Of a stretch of 31,482 nucleotides of DNA, positions 8,991 to 19,177 are shown one piece after another (within the stretch, counting starts at the first letter, position 1; each line of letters starts with the position of its first letter). The stretch lies in the NCBI GenBank assembly GCA_039024555.1, contig JBCCQQ010000069.1:1-31482 (forward strand), in the 5' to 3' direction. A program made the position numbers and the translations under genes. Below the pieces are notes generated by a model. It made no database searches. It was not told the DNA's origin and worked only from the letters and a program-made list of their open reading frames with translations. This stretch comes from Cyanobacteria bacterium P01_D01_bin.156. GTDB taxonomy: Bacteria; Cyanobacteriota; Cyanobacteriia; Phormidesmidales; Phormidesmidaceae.

Positions 8991-9059
8991 AATAGCTCAC
9001 TTTGCTTCAAGCAAAATTATGAACGTTATTAAATCCTGATTCCTAAGGGGCCTAAATTT

Positions 9060-10052
9060 TTAACCGTGAACCTTACCGTCGGGCATAGTAGTACCCACTA
9101 ACTTCGCATTGGCCAAATTTGCACTACTCAGCTCGGCCTTAAATAAAATAGCCTCGGTTAGATTAGCAGAACCTAAGTTCGTACGCCCTAAATACGCATG
9201 GGTCAGGTCTGCCTGGGTCAAATCAGCACCGCTGAGGTTGGCCCTACTCAGGTCAGACCGCAACAGACGGGAATCGGTCATCACAATTTGAAACAGCTGA
9301 GCACCGCACAGCTTACTATCCGTAAAGTTAACGCCCCTAAGGTCTGCACCGGTAAAATCACACCCGGACAGATTGGCCCGTTGACCCCGAACACGGGTGA
9401 GGTCGGCATAGCGTAGGTTGGCCCCTTCTAATTGGGCATCTGCTAAGGAGGCACCCTGCAGATTAGCTCCACTGAGGTTGGCGTTTCGTAGGTCGGCCTC
9501 CTTTAAAAAGGCTTCGCTCAGATTGGCTCCACTCAAATCTACATTGGCTAAATCCGCACCTTTTAGGTTGGCTCCCCGCAAATCTACCTGGCGCAGATGG
9601 GCTCCCCGTAAAATTGTTTGCTCACTACGGAGCTCCTGCCGCAGGTTGGCCCCGCGCAGACAGGCCCCCGTCAGGTTGGCACCGCTCAAGTCAGCATTGC
9701 GCAAATCTGCATCGGCTAAGTTGACATCAAACAGATCGGCCAGGGTCAGGTTAGCCCCCCGTAAATCGGCTCCCTGTAAGCTGGCCCCATGCAGGTTTGC
9801 ATCGCTTAGGTTGGTATAGATCAGGTTTGCCTGATTGAGATTAACGCCGCTTAGGTTGGCACGGCTAAGATTCGCTTTTTGCAGATTTACCCGACTTAAA
9901 TAGGAAAACATCAGATCCGTGCGTTCCAGATCGGCCTTTGAAAAGTCGGCACCGATTAAATCGGACTTGATTAACCGTAATCCTGCTAAACAGACACCGC
10001 TAAAGTCTGTGCGCCCTTTGTTATACAACTTAAATAGTTCAGTACTATCCAT
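9060..10052 (-). CDS. Pentapeptide repeat protein
   Basis: 330 aa almost wholly A(D/N)LxX repeats, ending TMPDGKVH; overlaps the upstream cyclase stop by 8 bp. Confidence 0.97.
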   Translation of the reverse strand: MDSTELFKLYNKGRTDFSGVCLAGLRLIKSDLIGADFSKADLERTDLMFSYLSRVNLQKANLSRANLSGVNLNQANLIYTNLSDANLHGASLQGADLRGANLTLADLFDVNLADADLRNADLSGANLTGACLRGANLRQELRSEQTILRGAHLRQVDLRGANLKGADLANVDLSGANLSEAFLKEADLRNANLSGANLQGASLADAQLEGANLRYADLTRVRGQRANLSGCDFTGADLRGVNFTDSKLCGAQLFQIVMTDSRLLRSDLSRANLSGADLTQADLTHAYLGRTNLGSANLTEAILFKAELSSANLANAKLVGTTMPDGKVHG

Positions 10053-11838
10053 AGGGGGTGGACCTCGCGGATAGGGTGGCAGAAACGGCTGTCCGCCCAG
10101 GGGTTAGCTGAACGGGTGCTGGGGGCGATGCCGTTGGCGGATAGTACGGCTTGATCGCGTTTAAGATGGCGCTGACCACCGGCTCATGCTCGTTAGTATC
10201 TTCTAGACAGTGCACGATAATTGAAAGTTTGCTCTCTAAATCCTGAAACGATGGGCAATACTCAAAAACTTCTCGTAAAAAGTCTTCTAAAGTTTTACTC
10301 CGGAGCATGGACCATTCCTGAGCGCTGCCGGTAAATGGGCTGTACACCGTAGAGTGCAGCAAAATCTTTGCCCGTAGCGGATTGCAGTATTTAATAATGT
10401 CTAACCTGAGTTCAAACAGGTCGGCTCGATCTCTTACGCGGTTGCTATCGCCTACAGCGGGTCTTTCTATGGTTTTGCCTGAAAAGGCCACCGTATTGTC
10501 AGGATGGGTGCCCTCTGGCAGAGCTGCAAAACAGGTTTCGGGGCTGCTATCGGTATCGTTTGCATTGGACAGTCCCGGTGTAGACATGGGGATCATCTCA
10601 GGGCGGGCATTGTATAGGGAATGAAATGCCTTAAAGATAGTGTTGACGATTTTGGTATATTTCGCTTTTTGGTTTAGGTGGTGCAGCAGATGACGGAGCC
10701 GAAACTTTAAGTCCTTGGGACTGGGGGTTAGATGGTAAAGCTGCTCAACTAAAATCGCTGTGTCTGTTTGTTCAATTTTTTGAATGTCACTTTCCCAAAC
10801 CTTGTGGCACAGGCAGTATAAAACTTTTTTAATGCGCAGAATTTGGGCATCCTGTTCGAGTTCATCGGCTACTTGCTGGTAGCGATCGCGACCGGTAACT
10901 GCATCAGAGCCACTGGACTGTTCGGCAACCGGTGGTTTGGCTGCCTGCTCTGAGTAAAGGGGCGTAACAGCTTGTAGAATGACCTGTGCTAACTGGGAGT
11001 AAATCTCCTTATGGTTTAGGGTGGCAACAATCCGGTAGAGACTTGCCCGACAATGTTCTATCGATGGATTACGCTGCATCAATGTGGCAATTAAATGCTG
11101 CAGCGTAAACTGATCGAGAACCGTGGTTTCGTTTTCCCATAGGTTTTGACAGGTCCCAAAAATGAGTTTTTTGATACGCACCTGTTCCGGATGATCGCTG
11201 AGAACCTGTATGGCCTGTTCTAAAGGGCTATCAAAAACATAACTTTGAACGCCTTCAGCAAAAAAGGGACGAGTCATCTCTACATCAGAGATATCCAGCT
11301 CCAATGCAGGGCGTAGCTGATAGGCCGGTACGGGCTCTTGAATATTTTTGAGATTGAGGGGACCTAAAAAGGTGGCATCCAGTTCCAGACGACTTTTGAC
11401 CACATCGTAAACCACTTGGGAAACACAGATTTCCCCTGGAGATGCAAAGCTTTCTAAGCGGGCGGCGATGTTGACGCCATTTCCCATTACATCAGACTTA
11501 TTAATGTAGACATCCCCCAGATGGATGCCAATACGGTGGGCAAAACTATCTCGTTTGAGGTCGCTCCGCAGCTTTTTTTGAATATTTAGGGCACAGGCCA
11601 CGGCTTGAGCGGCACTAAAAAAACACATCAACAGTCCGTCACCCGTTGACTTTAGCACTTGTCCCTTAAAGACTTTGCACAGCCCAGAAATCTGCGTAAG
11701 ATCCCGGTTAATAATCGCCAGTGCCTGTTCCTCATTGGCCGACATCTGAGCACTAAACCCCACGGCATCAGTGACCACAATGGCGGCAAGTACCCGCTGG
11801 TTCAGATTTTGAAGCGATGGCTGCTGCGCCCCTTCCAT
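10045..11838 (-). CDS. Soluble class III adenylate/guanylate cyclase with three C-terminal helical repeats
   Basis: [40 protein letters not shown]: both metal Asp, Lys/Asp specificity pair and Asn/Arg all intact. Start ATG 11838 preferred over TTG 11856 (uncertain). Confidence 0.9.
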   Translation of the reverse strand: MEGAQQPSLQNLNQRVLAAIVVTDAVGFSAQMSANEEQALAIINRDLTQISGLCKVFKGQVLKSTGDGLLMCFFSAAQAVACALNIQKKLRSDLKRDSFAHRIGIHLGDVYINKSDVMGNGVNIAARLESFASPGEICVSQVVYDVVKSRLELDATFLGPLNLKNIQEPVPAYQLRPALELDISDVEMTRPFFAEGVQSYVFDSPLEQAIQVLSDHPEQVRIKKLIFGTCQNLWENETTVLDQFTLQHLIATLMQRNPSIEHCRASLYRIVATLNHKEIYSQLAQVILQAVTPLYSEQAAKPPVAEQSSGSDAVTGRDRYQQVADELEQDAQILRIKKVLYCLCHKVWESDIQKIEQTDTAILVEQLYHLTPSPKDLKFRLRHLLHHLNQKAKYTKIVNTIFKAFHSLYNARPEMIPMSTPGLSNANDTDSSPETCFAALPEGTHPDNTVAFSGKTIERPAVGDSNRVRDRADLFELRLDIIKYCNPLRAKILLHSTVYSPFTGSAQEWSMLRSKTLEDFLREVFEYCPSFQDLESKLSIIVHCLEDTNEHEPVVSAILNAIKPYYPPTASPPAPVQLTPGRTAVSATLSARSTPYG

Positions 11839-12239
11839 AAAAAACGTGACTGACAAGACTACCTGATATTAAGACTACCCCGGCTGCCCGGGGTCATCAG
11901 CAAATCGTGAATTAATGAATATGGAATTTACAGTAGACTTTATCGCCCCTTTTTATCTCTTCAGACCAAAAAAGATTGATTTATCGTTCAGCTGCTACTC
12001 CGTCGTCATATGTGGATAGCTTGCATCACCTGATGTACGGATAGTTTAGCACTTTAACCTAAAGTACGTACACGGTAGGTCGCTGTGTCCCTGATGACAG
12101 CAGTATTTTTATTTGCAAAAAGATTTTTTTCGTTGCTAGCTGAAGTGATAAAACAATTGAACCTAAGTTCAGACGGTATTGTATAGAGTCTTGATTGTTG
12201 TTTCCAAAAAACTGTTTTTTGCCAAAGAGATTGGTGTTG

Positions 12240-13403
12240 TTAAGGCCCTAAATTCTCTTGCACTGCAGCCTGTAACTGTTCCGTCAGCTGTGCTACGGTA
12301 CTCCCCTTGTCTTGCCGAAAATCCGCCACATAGTGTTTCAGGTTAATCGGCTCACCTACTCGGAAAATAGCCTGACGATGGGCTTTTGGTTGAATGTGTT
12401 TCATTTGATAAATCTCACGTTCCAAACGCATCAACGTGTCTAAAAAGCGCTCGGGGGTGGGGTTGGCTGCCACATAACCATCGTAAATAGCATCAAAGTT
12501 TAGGAGCCGCACCGTTGTCCAATACAGAGCATCATCCTCAGCTACGGTTTTAGGTTCCTCGGCTTCTAACAGGGCTTGAATGCGATAAACCCGTTCCCGC
12601 AGTGGAGCGCTATTGGGGGATAAGTCAAGCTGCTGTTCACAGTAGCTAACGACATGGTGCCGTAGTGTCTGAATCCTCTGGTTCCAATCAAGCTCTGGGG
12701 CAGGGACCAGGCCAAATTCATGTTCGATGCGGCTGAGGACAATGGCTGAGATGGCCAGCAGGCGTTGATAGGAGTCCTGCTCTTTTGGTGTGAGTCCTAA
12801 CTGTTGCTCTAACCCATGGAGTGTGTTTTCAATAATCCCTTCCATAGGTGTGGTGTAGCGGTACTTTAGGGAAATGGGAACGACATAGAAGTCCGTATCA
12901 GGAGCCTGCTTAGCCAACTGAGCCATCACTTGTAACGGCATTTGAATCGCCCCAGAGCGAAAGGGCATCACCGTATCATTTTGGTAAGAACAGCCACCTT
13001 CTGGAAAAATCACCACCCTGGCCTGGGGTTGCTTTAATAGGCCAAGGGTTTGGGCAATGCTGGCTCGATCCCCCAAGCCACGACGAATGGAATAGCAGCC
13101 CATCCACTGCAAAAATTTACCTTGAAAGCCTTGAAACGACTCGCGGGCAACAATGTAATACCACAGCTGTCCTACCCGAGCGGCCAGGCTAAACAGTACC
13201 ATACCGTCCTCCATGGTCGGATGGTTACACACATAAACCACACGAGCACCGTCTAGGGCACGTAGCTTAGCCACATCATCTTCGGACACCATCAATCCAC
13301 ACCGGTAAAAGCGCTGTAGCACCAGATAGGAAACGCTTTGCACCAGTCGAATTAATAATGGCTGCGGTTTGGGAGGAAAAAAGGATGGCGTGCCAGAAAC
13401 CAT
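12240..13403 (-). CDS. Phospholipid/glycerol acyltransferase (PlsC-like, long cyanobacterial type)
   Basis: NHPTMED (HX4D) and IFPEGG motifs. Confidence 0.9.
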   Translation of the reverse strand: MVSGTPSFFPPKPQPLLIRLVQSVSYLVLQRFYRCGLMVSEDDVAKLRALDGARVVYVCNHPTMEDGMVLFSLAARVGQLWYYIVARESFQGFQGKFLQWMGCYSIRRGLGDRASIAQTLGLLKQPQARVVIFPEGGCSYQNDTVMPFRSGAIQMPLQVMAQLAKQAPDTDFYVVPISLKYRYTTPMEGIIENTLHGLEQQLGLTPKEQDSYQRLLAISAIVLSRIEHEFGLVPAPELDWNQRIQTLRHHVVSYCEQQLDLSPNSAPLRERVYRIQALLEAEEPKTVAEDDALYWTTVRLLNFDAIYDGYVAANPTPERFLDTLMRLEREIYQMKHIQPKAHRQAIFRVGEPINLKHYVADFRQDKGSTVAQLTEQLQAAVQENLGP

Positions 13404-13758
13404 AGGTGTAACTAAGGGACAATGTGCTCTACAAGTTCTGATTTATACCCCGTGGGCTTGGATAGAGATTATATCGGGGATGGGTGATGCGTTTAGGACT
13501 GAATTTGGAATTTAGAATTCTAACTGCCTGAGGGAAATCTTCCTGCTTTATGTTGGTGCCTGGCGACCTAACCGTAGCCTTACACAAGGCTGTCCAAACT
13601 TTATAGCTACTGAAAGGCTATCTCTCAGTAGATTTACAGCAGTCGCCACCTCGAAATAACCTTTATCTGGGGCATCCGTTGGAACAATTTAAGTTAAAAC
13701 TAGGGTCTTCAAAAACCGTTATCACTGTTTCTCTATCAACCACCCGTCTAACGACCCT

Positions 13759-14556
13759 ATGAGAGTTGGTTCGCTACTGACATATTTAGGGATACCCCTG
13801 GTGGGGGTGTCGGTGGCTTGCAATGTTTATCTGTTTGGCCAGCTAAAGAAATACTATGTTGAGCTCAATCAAGTTCGTTTAGATCCGCTTGGTCTGAGTT
13901 ACTACAGTCCAGGGTCCCAGGTGGCAGAAAAAAAAGAGGCTAAACGTGTGGTATTTTTTGGTGACTCTAGGGCCCAGGGATGGCCTAACCCAAATATTGA
14001 GGGATACGAATTTATCAATCGGGGTATTAATGGTCAAACATCTATCCAAACCAGTCAACGATTTAGCCATCATTTAGCAGATCTAGAGCCAGATATTGTT
14101 GTTGTGCAAGTGGGAATTAATGACCTAAAAACCATTCCCTTGATGCCCGATATTCGCAATGTGATTATTGATCTATGTCGGGCAAATATTCGGAAAATTG
14201 TTGAAGATGCTAGAGAGTTAGGTGCCACGGTGATTATTAGCACCATTTTGCCAGTGGGAGAGGCCTCCCTAGCTCGCAAATTTGTCTGGTCGGACGATAT
14301 TGCCCAAGCCATCTACGAGGTGAACGGTTATATCGATTCCTTGGCTGACGAACAGGTGCTGGTCTTTGATAGTTTTTCTGCTGTTGCTGACAATGAAGGC
14401 TTGATTCCTCTGGATTATCGGCGGGATGAGCTGCACTTGAATGAGCAGGGGTACGATGTTTTGAATCAGGCCTTTATTGATTTTTTTGAAAGTGCTGAGC
14501 TATTCGATAGTCCGAATACTGATGCGATCGCAACAGAAAACTATCAGCCGCAGTAG
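13759..14556 (+). CDS. SGNH/GDSL hydrolase with N-terminal membrane anchor
   Basis: FFGDS, NRGINGQ, GIND, DELH blocks. Confidence 0.92.
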   Translation: MRVGSLLTYLGIPLVGVSVACNVYLFGQLKKYYVELNQVRLDPLGLSYYSPGSQVAEKKEAKRVVFFGDSRAQGWPNPNIEGYEFINRGINGQTSIQTSQRFSHHLADLEPDIVVVQVGINDLKTIPLMPDIRNVIIDLCRANIRKIVEDARELGATVIISTILPVGEASLARKFVWSDDIAQAIYEVNGYIDSLADEQVLVFDSFSAVADNEGLIPLDYRRDELHLNEQGYDVLNQAFIDFFESAELFDSPNTDAIATENYQPQ

Positions 14557-14584
14557 CCCTCAGGAGAACTGTCTGCTTCAACAA

Positions 14585-14607
14585 CGGCCCTGCCATTGAC
14601 AGGGCCG
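14585..14607. terminator. Hairpin between convergent genes, likely terminator
   Basis: cggccctg-ccattga-cagggccg between stops at 14556 and 14644. Confidence 0.6.
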
Positions 14608-14643
14608 AAACCCGATCGGACTATTGCTACAGCTCACAACAGG

Positions 14644-15105
14644 TTAGAAGCTATAGCCAATACCCGCGATAAAATCAACATCGTCACTACCATCCTGGAA
14701 TGGAGACCAAACAACAGAACCATTCACTAACCAACGCTCGTTAACTCGATAGTCAGCACCGCCAGTAACAGCAGCCTCCAACGTACTATCATCCCCCAAT
14801 TCACCATTGATACCTGCCCCTAGGAAGGGATAGAGACGACCCTGGGGGTCAACAGCATTAAAGTCGTAGGTGATAGGCAACACATAGGTGATATCTTCCC
14901 CATCGTCAAAATCAAAGTCGGTGCTTACAGCAGGACGCACTGACAAATTGTCAGATAAAGAGACTTTGCCATTAATAGCAAACCCTTCATCACCGCCGCC
15001 AATACCTACATAGTTGTAGTCAGGTTGGGCAGACGCTGTTAGCGGAGCGATGCCAATAACAGCTGCTGCTAGCCCCAGGGCGCAAAAAATACGATTAAAC
15101 ATCAT
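14644..15105 (-). CDS. Small outer-membrane beta-barrel protein
   Basis: Start revised to ATG 15105 (GAGGA upstream); signal peptide ending ASA/Q; amphipathic strands (LYPFLGAGI) and C-terminal GIGYSF. Confidence 0.85.
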   Translation of the reverse strand: MMFNRIFCALGLAAAVIGIAPLTASAQPDYNYVGIGGGDEGFAINGKVSLSDNLSVRPAVSTDFDFDDGEDITYVLPITYDFNAVDPQGRLYPFLGAGINGELGDDSTLEAAVTGGADYRVNERWLVNGSVVWSPFQDGSDDVDFIAGIGYSF

Positions 15106-15364
15106 GGTTAAATCCTCGAAACGTTTTATAGCAAACGGGTCAGCTGGATAAGAAGAACACCACATCGCGTTTGCATGGCCCTGTTGTATCTTTGCGTACC
15201 TGTAGATGTATCAAAGCAAAGGACACTTTATACAGCTGGACTATAAAATTGCAGCTAAAACCATTGATAAACCGTTTAAATAGACTGTGACAGTCAGGGA
15301 TATGACCGTAGTAGCAACGCAACAGCTTACCATAGAGAATGTTCGCTTTAGAGTTGTTTAACCC

Positions 15365-15814
15365 ATGGTGACGTTTATTCAGCGCGGCCTTGCCGTTTCA
15401 TTCCTGTGTTTTACCTGTTTACTTGGCTGGGTTGTGTCCCCAGCCTATGCTGTTGAGCTTTCCCCTGCTCCAGCGTCAGCAGAGGCATACATTATTTCTC
15501 CCGCCAATGGCGATACGGTCAGTTCTCCTTTGCTAGTGCAGTTTGGTCTATCGGGGATGGGCATTGCCCCAGCGGGTATCGATCGACCCAACACTGGCCA
15601 CCATCATCTGCTAGTGGATGTGGATGAGCTGCCCTCTCTGACTGAACCGCTCCAGGGGTCTGCGCAAGTACTCCACTATGGGGCTGGTCAAACCGAAACC
15701 GAACTCAGCCTAACGGCGGGAGACCACACTCTACAGCTCGTTTTGGGTAACTACAGTCACATTCCCCACGACAATCCCGTTATCTCCGAGAAAATTACTG
15801 TCACTGTTGAGTAG
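15365..15814 (+). CDS. Exported DUF4399-like protein
   Basis: Signal peptide; motifs GHHHLLVD, HYGAGQTE, GDHTLQLVLG..H.PH. Confidence 0.85.
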   Translation: MVTFIQRGLAVSFLCFTCLLGWVVSPAYAVELSPAPASAEAYIISPANGDTVSSPLLVQFGLSGMGIAPAGIDRPNTGHHHLLVDVDELPSLTEPLQGSAQVLHYGAGQTETELSLTAGDHTLQLVLGNYSHIPHDNPVISEKITVTVE

Positions 15815-15828
15815 AGAAAACAATCACT

Positions 15829-17127
15829 ATGGCTCCCCCGTCCACTGAACCGCTGCCGACCGAACAGCTCCTTGCCATTGACCGACAGCATGTGTGGCAC
15901 CCCTATGCGGCCATGCCCAATCCGTTACCTATCTTTCCGGTGAAGGCGGCCCATGGAGTACATATCGAGTTAGAAGACGGTCGCCGTTTAGTGGATGGCA
16001 TGTCATCCTGGTGGACCTGCATTCATGGTTATAACCACCCTCGCCTTAACCAGGTCGCACGGGACCAAATCGATTGCATGTCCCATGTCATGTTTGGCGG
16101 TCTTACCCATCAACCTGCGGTACAGCTGGCCCAACGATTAGGGGCACTGACTCCAGCCCCCCTGGAGCAGGTGTTCTTTTGTGACTCTGGTTCTGTTGCA
16201 GTGGAAGTCGCCATGAAAATGGCCATTCAATACTGGTATAACCTGGGGCAGCCTGAGAAACATCGCTTTCTTACAGTCCGTGGGGGCTACCATGGCGATA
16301 CCTTTGATGCCATGTCGGTGTGCGATCCGGTCAATGGCATGCACCATTTGTTTAATAAGGTGCTACGGCAACAACATTTTGCTGATGTTCCTCAAATTCC
16401 ATTTTGGGGAGTCTGGGACAACAGCGATATCAGCAGTTTTGAACACCTGTTGGCTGAGCATCATCACAGTATCGCCGCTGCCATCTTTGAACCGGTTGTG
16501 CAGGGGGCTGGGGGCATGCGGTTCTACAGCCCTGACTATGTGCGTCGAGCCAGGGAGCTCTGTGATCAATATGGGGTGTTGTTAATCCTCGATGAGATTG
16601 CCACAGGCTTTGGCCGCACGGGTAAAATGTTCGCCTGTGAACATGCCAATATTTCTCCAGATATTCTTTGTATAGGTAAAGCCTTGTCCGGGGGCTTTAT
16701 GTCCCTAGCGGCTACATTGACCACACCGCACATTAGCCAGGTCTTTTCCCAGGGGGAAGCCGGAGTGTTTATGCACGGTCCTACGTTTATGGGGAATCCC
16801 TTAGCCTGTGCCGTTGCATTAGAAAACTTGGCTATTTTAGAGAGCTATGACTGGTCTGCCAAAATTCAGCAGATTGAAGCACAGCTCAAGGTTGAGCTAG
16901 CACCTTGTCGGCAATCGCCCTTAGTACGTGATGTACGAGTGCTGGGGGCAATTGGTGTGGTAGAACTGCATGAACCGGTCGATATGGCGGTGATGCAACC
17001 CCAGTTTGTGGAGCACGGTGTGTGGTTGCGGCCCTTTGGCAGACTGGTTTATACCATGCCCCCCTACATTATCGGTCCCGACGAGCTGAGCCGTATTACC
17101 CAAGCTATGGTGGCGTTAACTCGGTAG
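15829..17127 (+). CDS. bioA: Adenosylmethionine-8-amino-7-oxononanoate aminotransferase
   Basis: HVWHPY, DGMSSWW..IHGY, SGSVAVEVAMKMA, YHGDT, DEIATGFGRTG, PLP lysine in CIGKALSGG, HGPTFMGNPLACA. Confidence 0.97.
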   Translation: MAPPSTEPLPTEQLLAIDRQHVWHPYAAMPNPLPIFPVKAAHGVHIELEDGRRLVDGMSSWWTCIHGYNHPRLNQVARDQIDCMSHVMFGGLTHQPAVQLAQRLGALTPAPLEQVFFCDSGSVAVEVAMKMAIQYWYNLGQPEKHRFLTVRGGYHGDTFDAMSVCDPVNGMHHLFNKVLRQQHFADVPQIPFWGVWDNSDISSFEHLLAEHHHSIAAAIFEPVVQGAGGMRFYSPDYVRRARELCDQYGVLLILDEIATGFGRTGKMFACEHANISPDILCIGKALSGGFMSLAATLTTPHISQVFSQGEAGVFMHGPTFMGNPLACAVALENLAILESYDWSAKIQQIEAQLKVELAPCRQSPLVRDVRVLGAIGVVELHEPVDMAVMQPQFVEHGVWLRPFGRLVYTMPPYIIGPDELSRITQAMVALTR

Positions 17128-17285
17128 TGCCTGAGGGGCTCTAACGCCCGTTTTCATTGGCTTTTAGATAAAACCTCCGCACATTCGCTGAAGTTTTGTA
17201 AATAACTTGCCGTAAATTTTGCCCATGTTCCGATAACTCATTGAGGCTGCTGCGAGCGCCCCACTGAGGTCATCGGAGAATCAAC

Positions 17286-17465
17286 ATGGGCAGTCTACGA
17301 CACTTGCTATTGGGAATAATTTTGACGACAAATCTATTGATGGCTGATAATGCCCGTGCTTCCGTAACGGTTAGCGTTACACCGTTAGAGCATCACATTG
17401 AAGATACATTTCATCCAAAACCAACAGGTATGCCCCAGCGACGGCTGAGCGGTGGAACACGTTAA
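17286..17465 (+). CDS. Unlisted 59-aa secreted peptide ending PKPTGMPQRRLSGGTR
   Basis: Hand translation: MGSLRHLLLGIILTTNLLMADNARASVTVSVTPLEHHIEDTFHPKPTGMPQRRLSGGTR*; GGAG at 17275-17278; signal-peptide-like N-terminus with A-R-A site. One residue below the apparent 60-aa ORF cutoff. Confidence 0.7.
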   Translation: MGSLRHLLLGIILTTNLLMADNARASVTVSVTPLEHHIEDTFHPKPTGMPQRRLSGGTR

Positions 17466-17817
17466 GAAAATGCCAGACAGCGGTACTAATATGCGATGTG
17501 TAAATGGAGCCTATCAATGTCTCCTAATCCTTACTTGTCGGAGCCTTAAAGTATTATGTTTCCGTTGAGCAAATACTACAGATTTATCAAGCTCACACTA
17601 GTTCATACAAAGGCTAGCGTGAGAAAACATAGAGTCTCATAGGCATAAACTAAGTAAAGTGGATTATCGGCCCTATTTGTCACGAAAGGAACCATGTAGC
17701 CGAGATGTAATCCTTTATTATTTGTGTTAGAAAAATAATAGATCCAGCTCCCAGGTGTATCTCGAAAGGTATATCTGAGAACTGGATCTAACACTTCGTC
17801 ACCAGTGAGCATTTGCC

Positions 17818-18705
17818 ATGAATCGTACCTTTACAAACGGTAAGTACTTCAAGTCAATTTCACTACCTATGCTTTGGCCGCTTGCTGTAGGTTTAGCGCT
17901 CTCTATAGCTGGGCCTGCGAAAGCTGCCATCTTCAAAGTCGATAGTCTTGCTGCAGATTTCGAATGGATTCTTCACGATGATTCTGTGGATGACAGTATT
18001 AGTGCCAATGATGTTGGAGGCACTCAATATGAAATCTATTCGACAGCCCTTCAAATCAACAATAATTGGTTAGTAATGGGGATTAGAAGCGAAGCTTCAC
18101 TAAGTGGTGTGCCGGAAGACCTCGCAAGGGATAAGCTTGTTCGATTTTCTGATGTAGTACTTAAATGTATTGAAATAATCTCGAATAGTTTCTCTGAATA
18201 TGCTATCGCCTTTGACCCTGACAATCAAAACGGTGTAGACAGTGTAGGTTTATATGCCGATCCTGTTCTCACTGATGTTGCTGTAGACAATGGTAATCTT
18301 CTAGGTGGTTTTGGTGATTACGTAGAATACGTAACTGCAGACGGCGGCACTCCAACTACAGGTACCTTGGATGATAGTGGTTTTGACCGAGCTACACACG
18401 TTCCATCTATTTTATCTTCAGGAAATCTGATTGGTGATGTCCAGTTACTAACAGATACGGAGATTGAAGAGCTAAATCTAGAGGCTGTCTTTGCAGGTAA
18501 ACCTGGAGTTACTACTGCATTTGCAACTGATATTACAGCTTTGCAAGCAACTGGAAAACAGTGTTCGTACTACGTTACTTTTGAGTGCAACAACGATTTT
18601 GCAGGGGGCACCTTTCTTGTCGAGAAGCCTCAACCTGTTCCTGAGCCAAGTTCGATGCTGGCTTTTGCCATGTTCGGCACACTAATCAGAAGATTCAGAT
18701 ATTGA
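17818..18705 (+). CDS. PEP-CTERM (exosortase-sorted) surface protein
   Basis: Signal peptide ending AKA/A, acidic body, FECNND motif, C-terminal VPEPSS + hydrophobic stretch + RRFR. Confidence 0.9.
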   Translation: MNRTFTNGKYFKSISLPMLWPLAVGLALSIAGPAKAAIFKVDSLAADFEWILHDDSVDDSISANDVGGTQYEIYSTALQINNNWLVMGIRSEASLSGVPEDLARDKLVRFSDVVLKCIEIISNSFSEYAIAFDPDNQNGVDSVGLYADPVLTDVAVDNGNLLGGFGDYVEYVTADGGTPTTGTLDDSGFDRATHVPSILSSGNLIGDVQLLTDTEIEELNLEAVFAGKPGVTTAFATDITALQATGKQCSYYVTFECNNDFAGGTFLVEKPQPVPEPSSMLAFAMFGTLIRRFRY

Positions 18706-18833
18706 TCTGAATCTTAAGGTTGCTGTTGCAAAAAGGATTTTGAGAGGTAAGTACTTAGGGTAAAACCACTTGAAGAGCGTCGGCAGCCTCCATCTATTAG
18801 CTATAGTGAGAACATAGCTATGACTTTAATTCT

Positions 18834-19055
18834 ATGGTTAACCAGCGTAACGTACTGACCGTTCTTGGCTGTTCTAGTTCTCTAATGTTGGCTCTGGCGG
18901 TTGCCCAACCTGCAGATGCAGCTGACTTGAGTGAAACACCAGATGCTGCGGAGAGTGGATTGGTAACTCTAGTTCACAATGATTCCAACCCGATTATGGA
19001 TGCCCTAAGCTGCAGCTGTGCCCGGTGTTTGCTCAGTCAGGGGACTACGCTGTAA
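18834..19055 (+). CDS. Small exported protein with C-terminal CxCxxC motif
   Basis: 73 aa; signal peptide ending ADA/A; NPIMDALSCSCARC. Confidence 0.75.
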   Translation: MVNQRNVLTVLGCSSSLMLALAVAQPADAADLSETPDAAESGLVTLVHNDSNPIMDALSCSCARCLLSQGTTL

Positions 19056-19177
19056 GGGATCTGATAAAAAAGTCTCTGGACGAGTTTGAGCAATGGGGGC
19101 ATGTTGGTACTGCATTTACCCAGTATCCCCCAGCAATTTGTTAAATCATTACTGATTGACGTGAAGCTATGCTGCTT

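Noticed and set aside
9109..9819. Plus-strand ORFs over the pentapeptide gene
   Set aside because: Antisense shadows of a repetitive coding region.
11960..12070. Loose resemblance to a cyclic-dinucleotide riboswitch upstream of the soluble cyclase (minus strand)
   Set aside because: Lacks the GNRA tetraloop and conserved stems; would need an Infernal hit.
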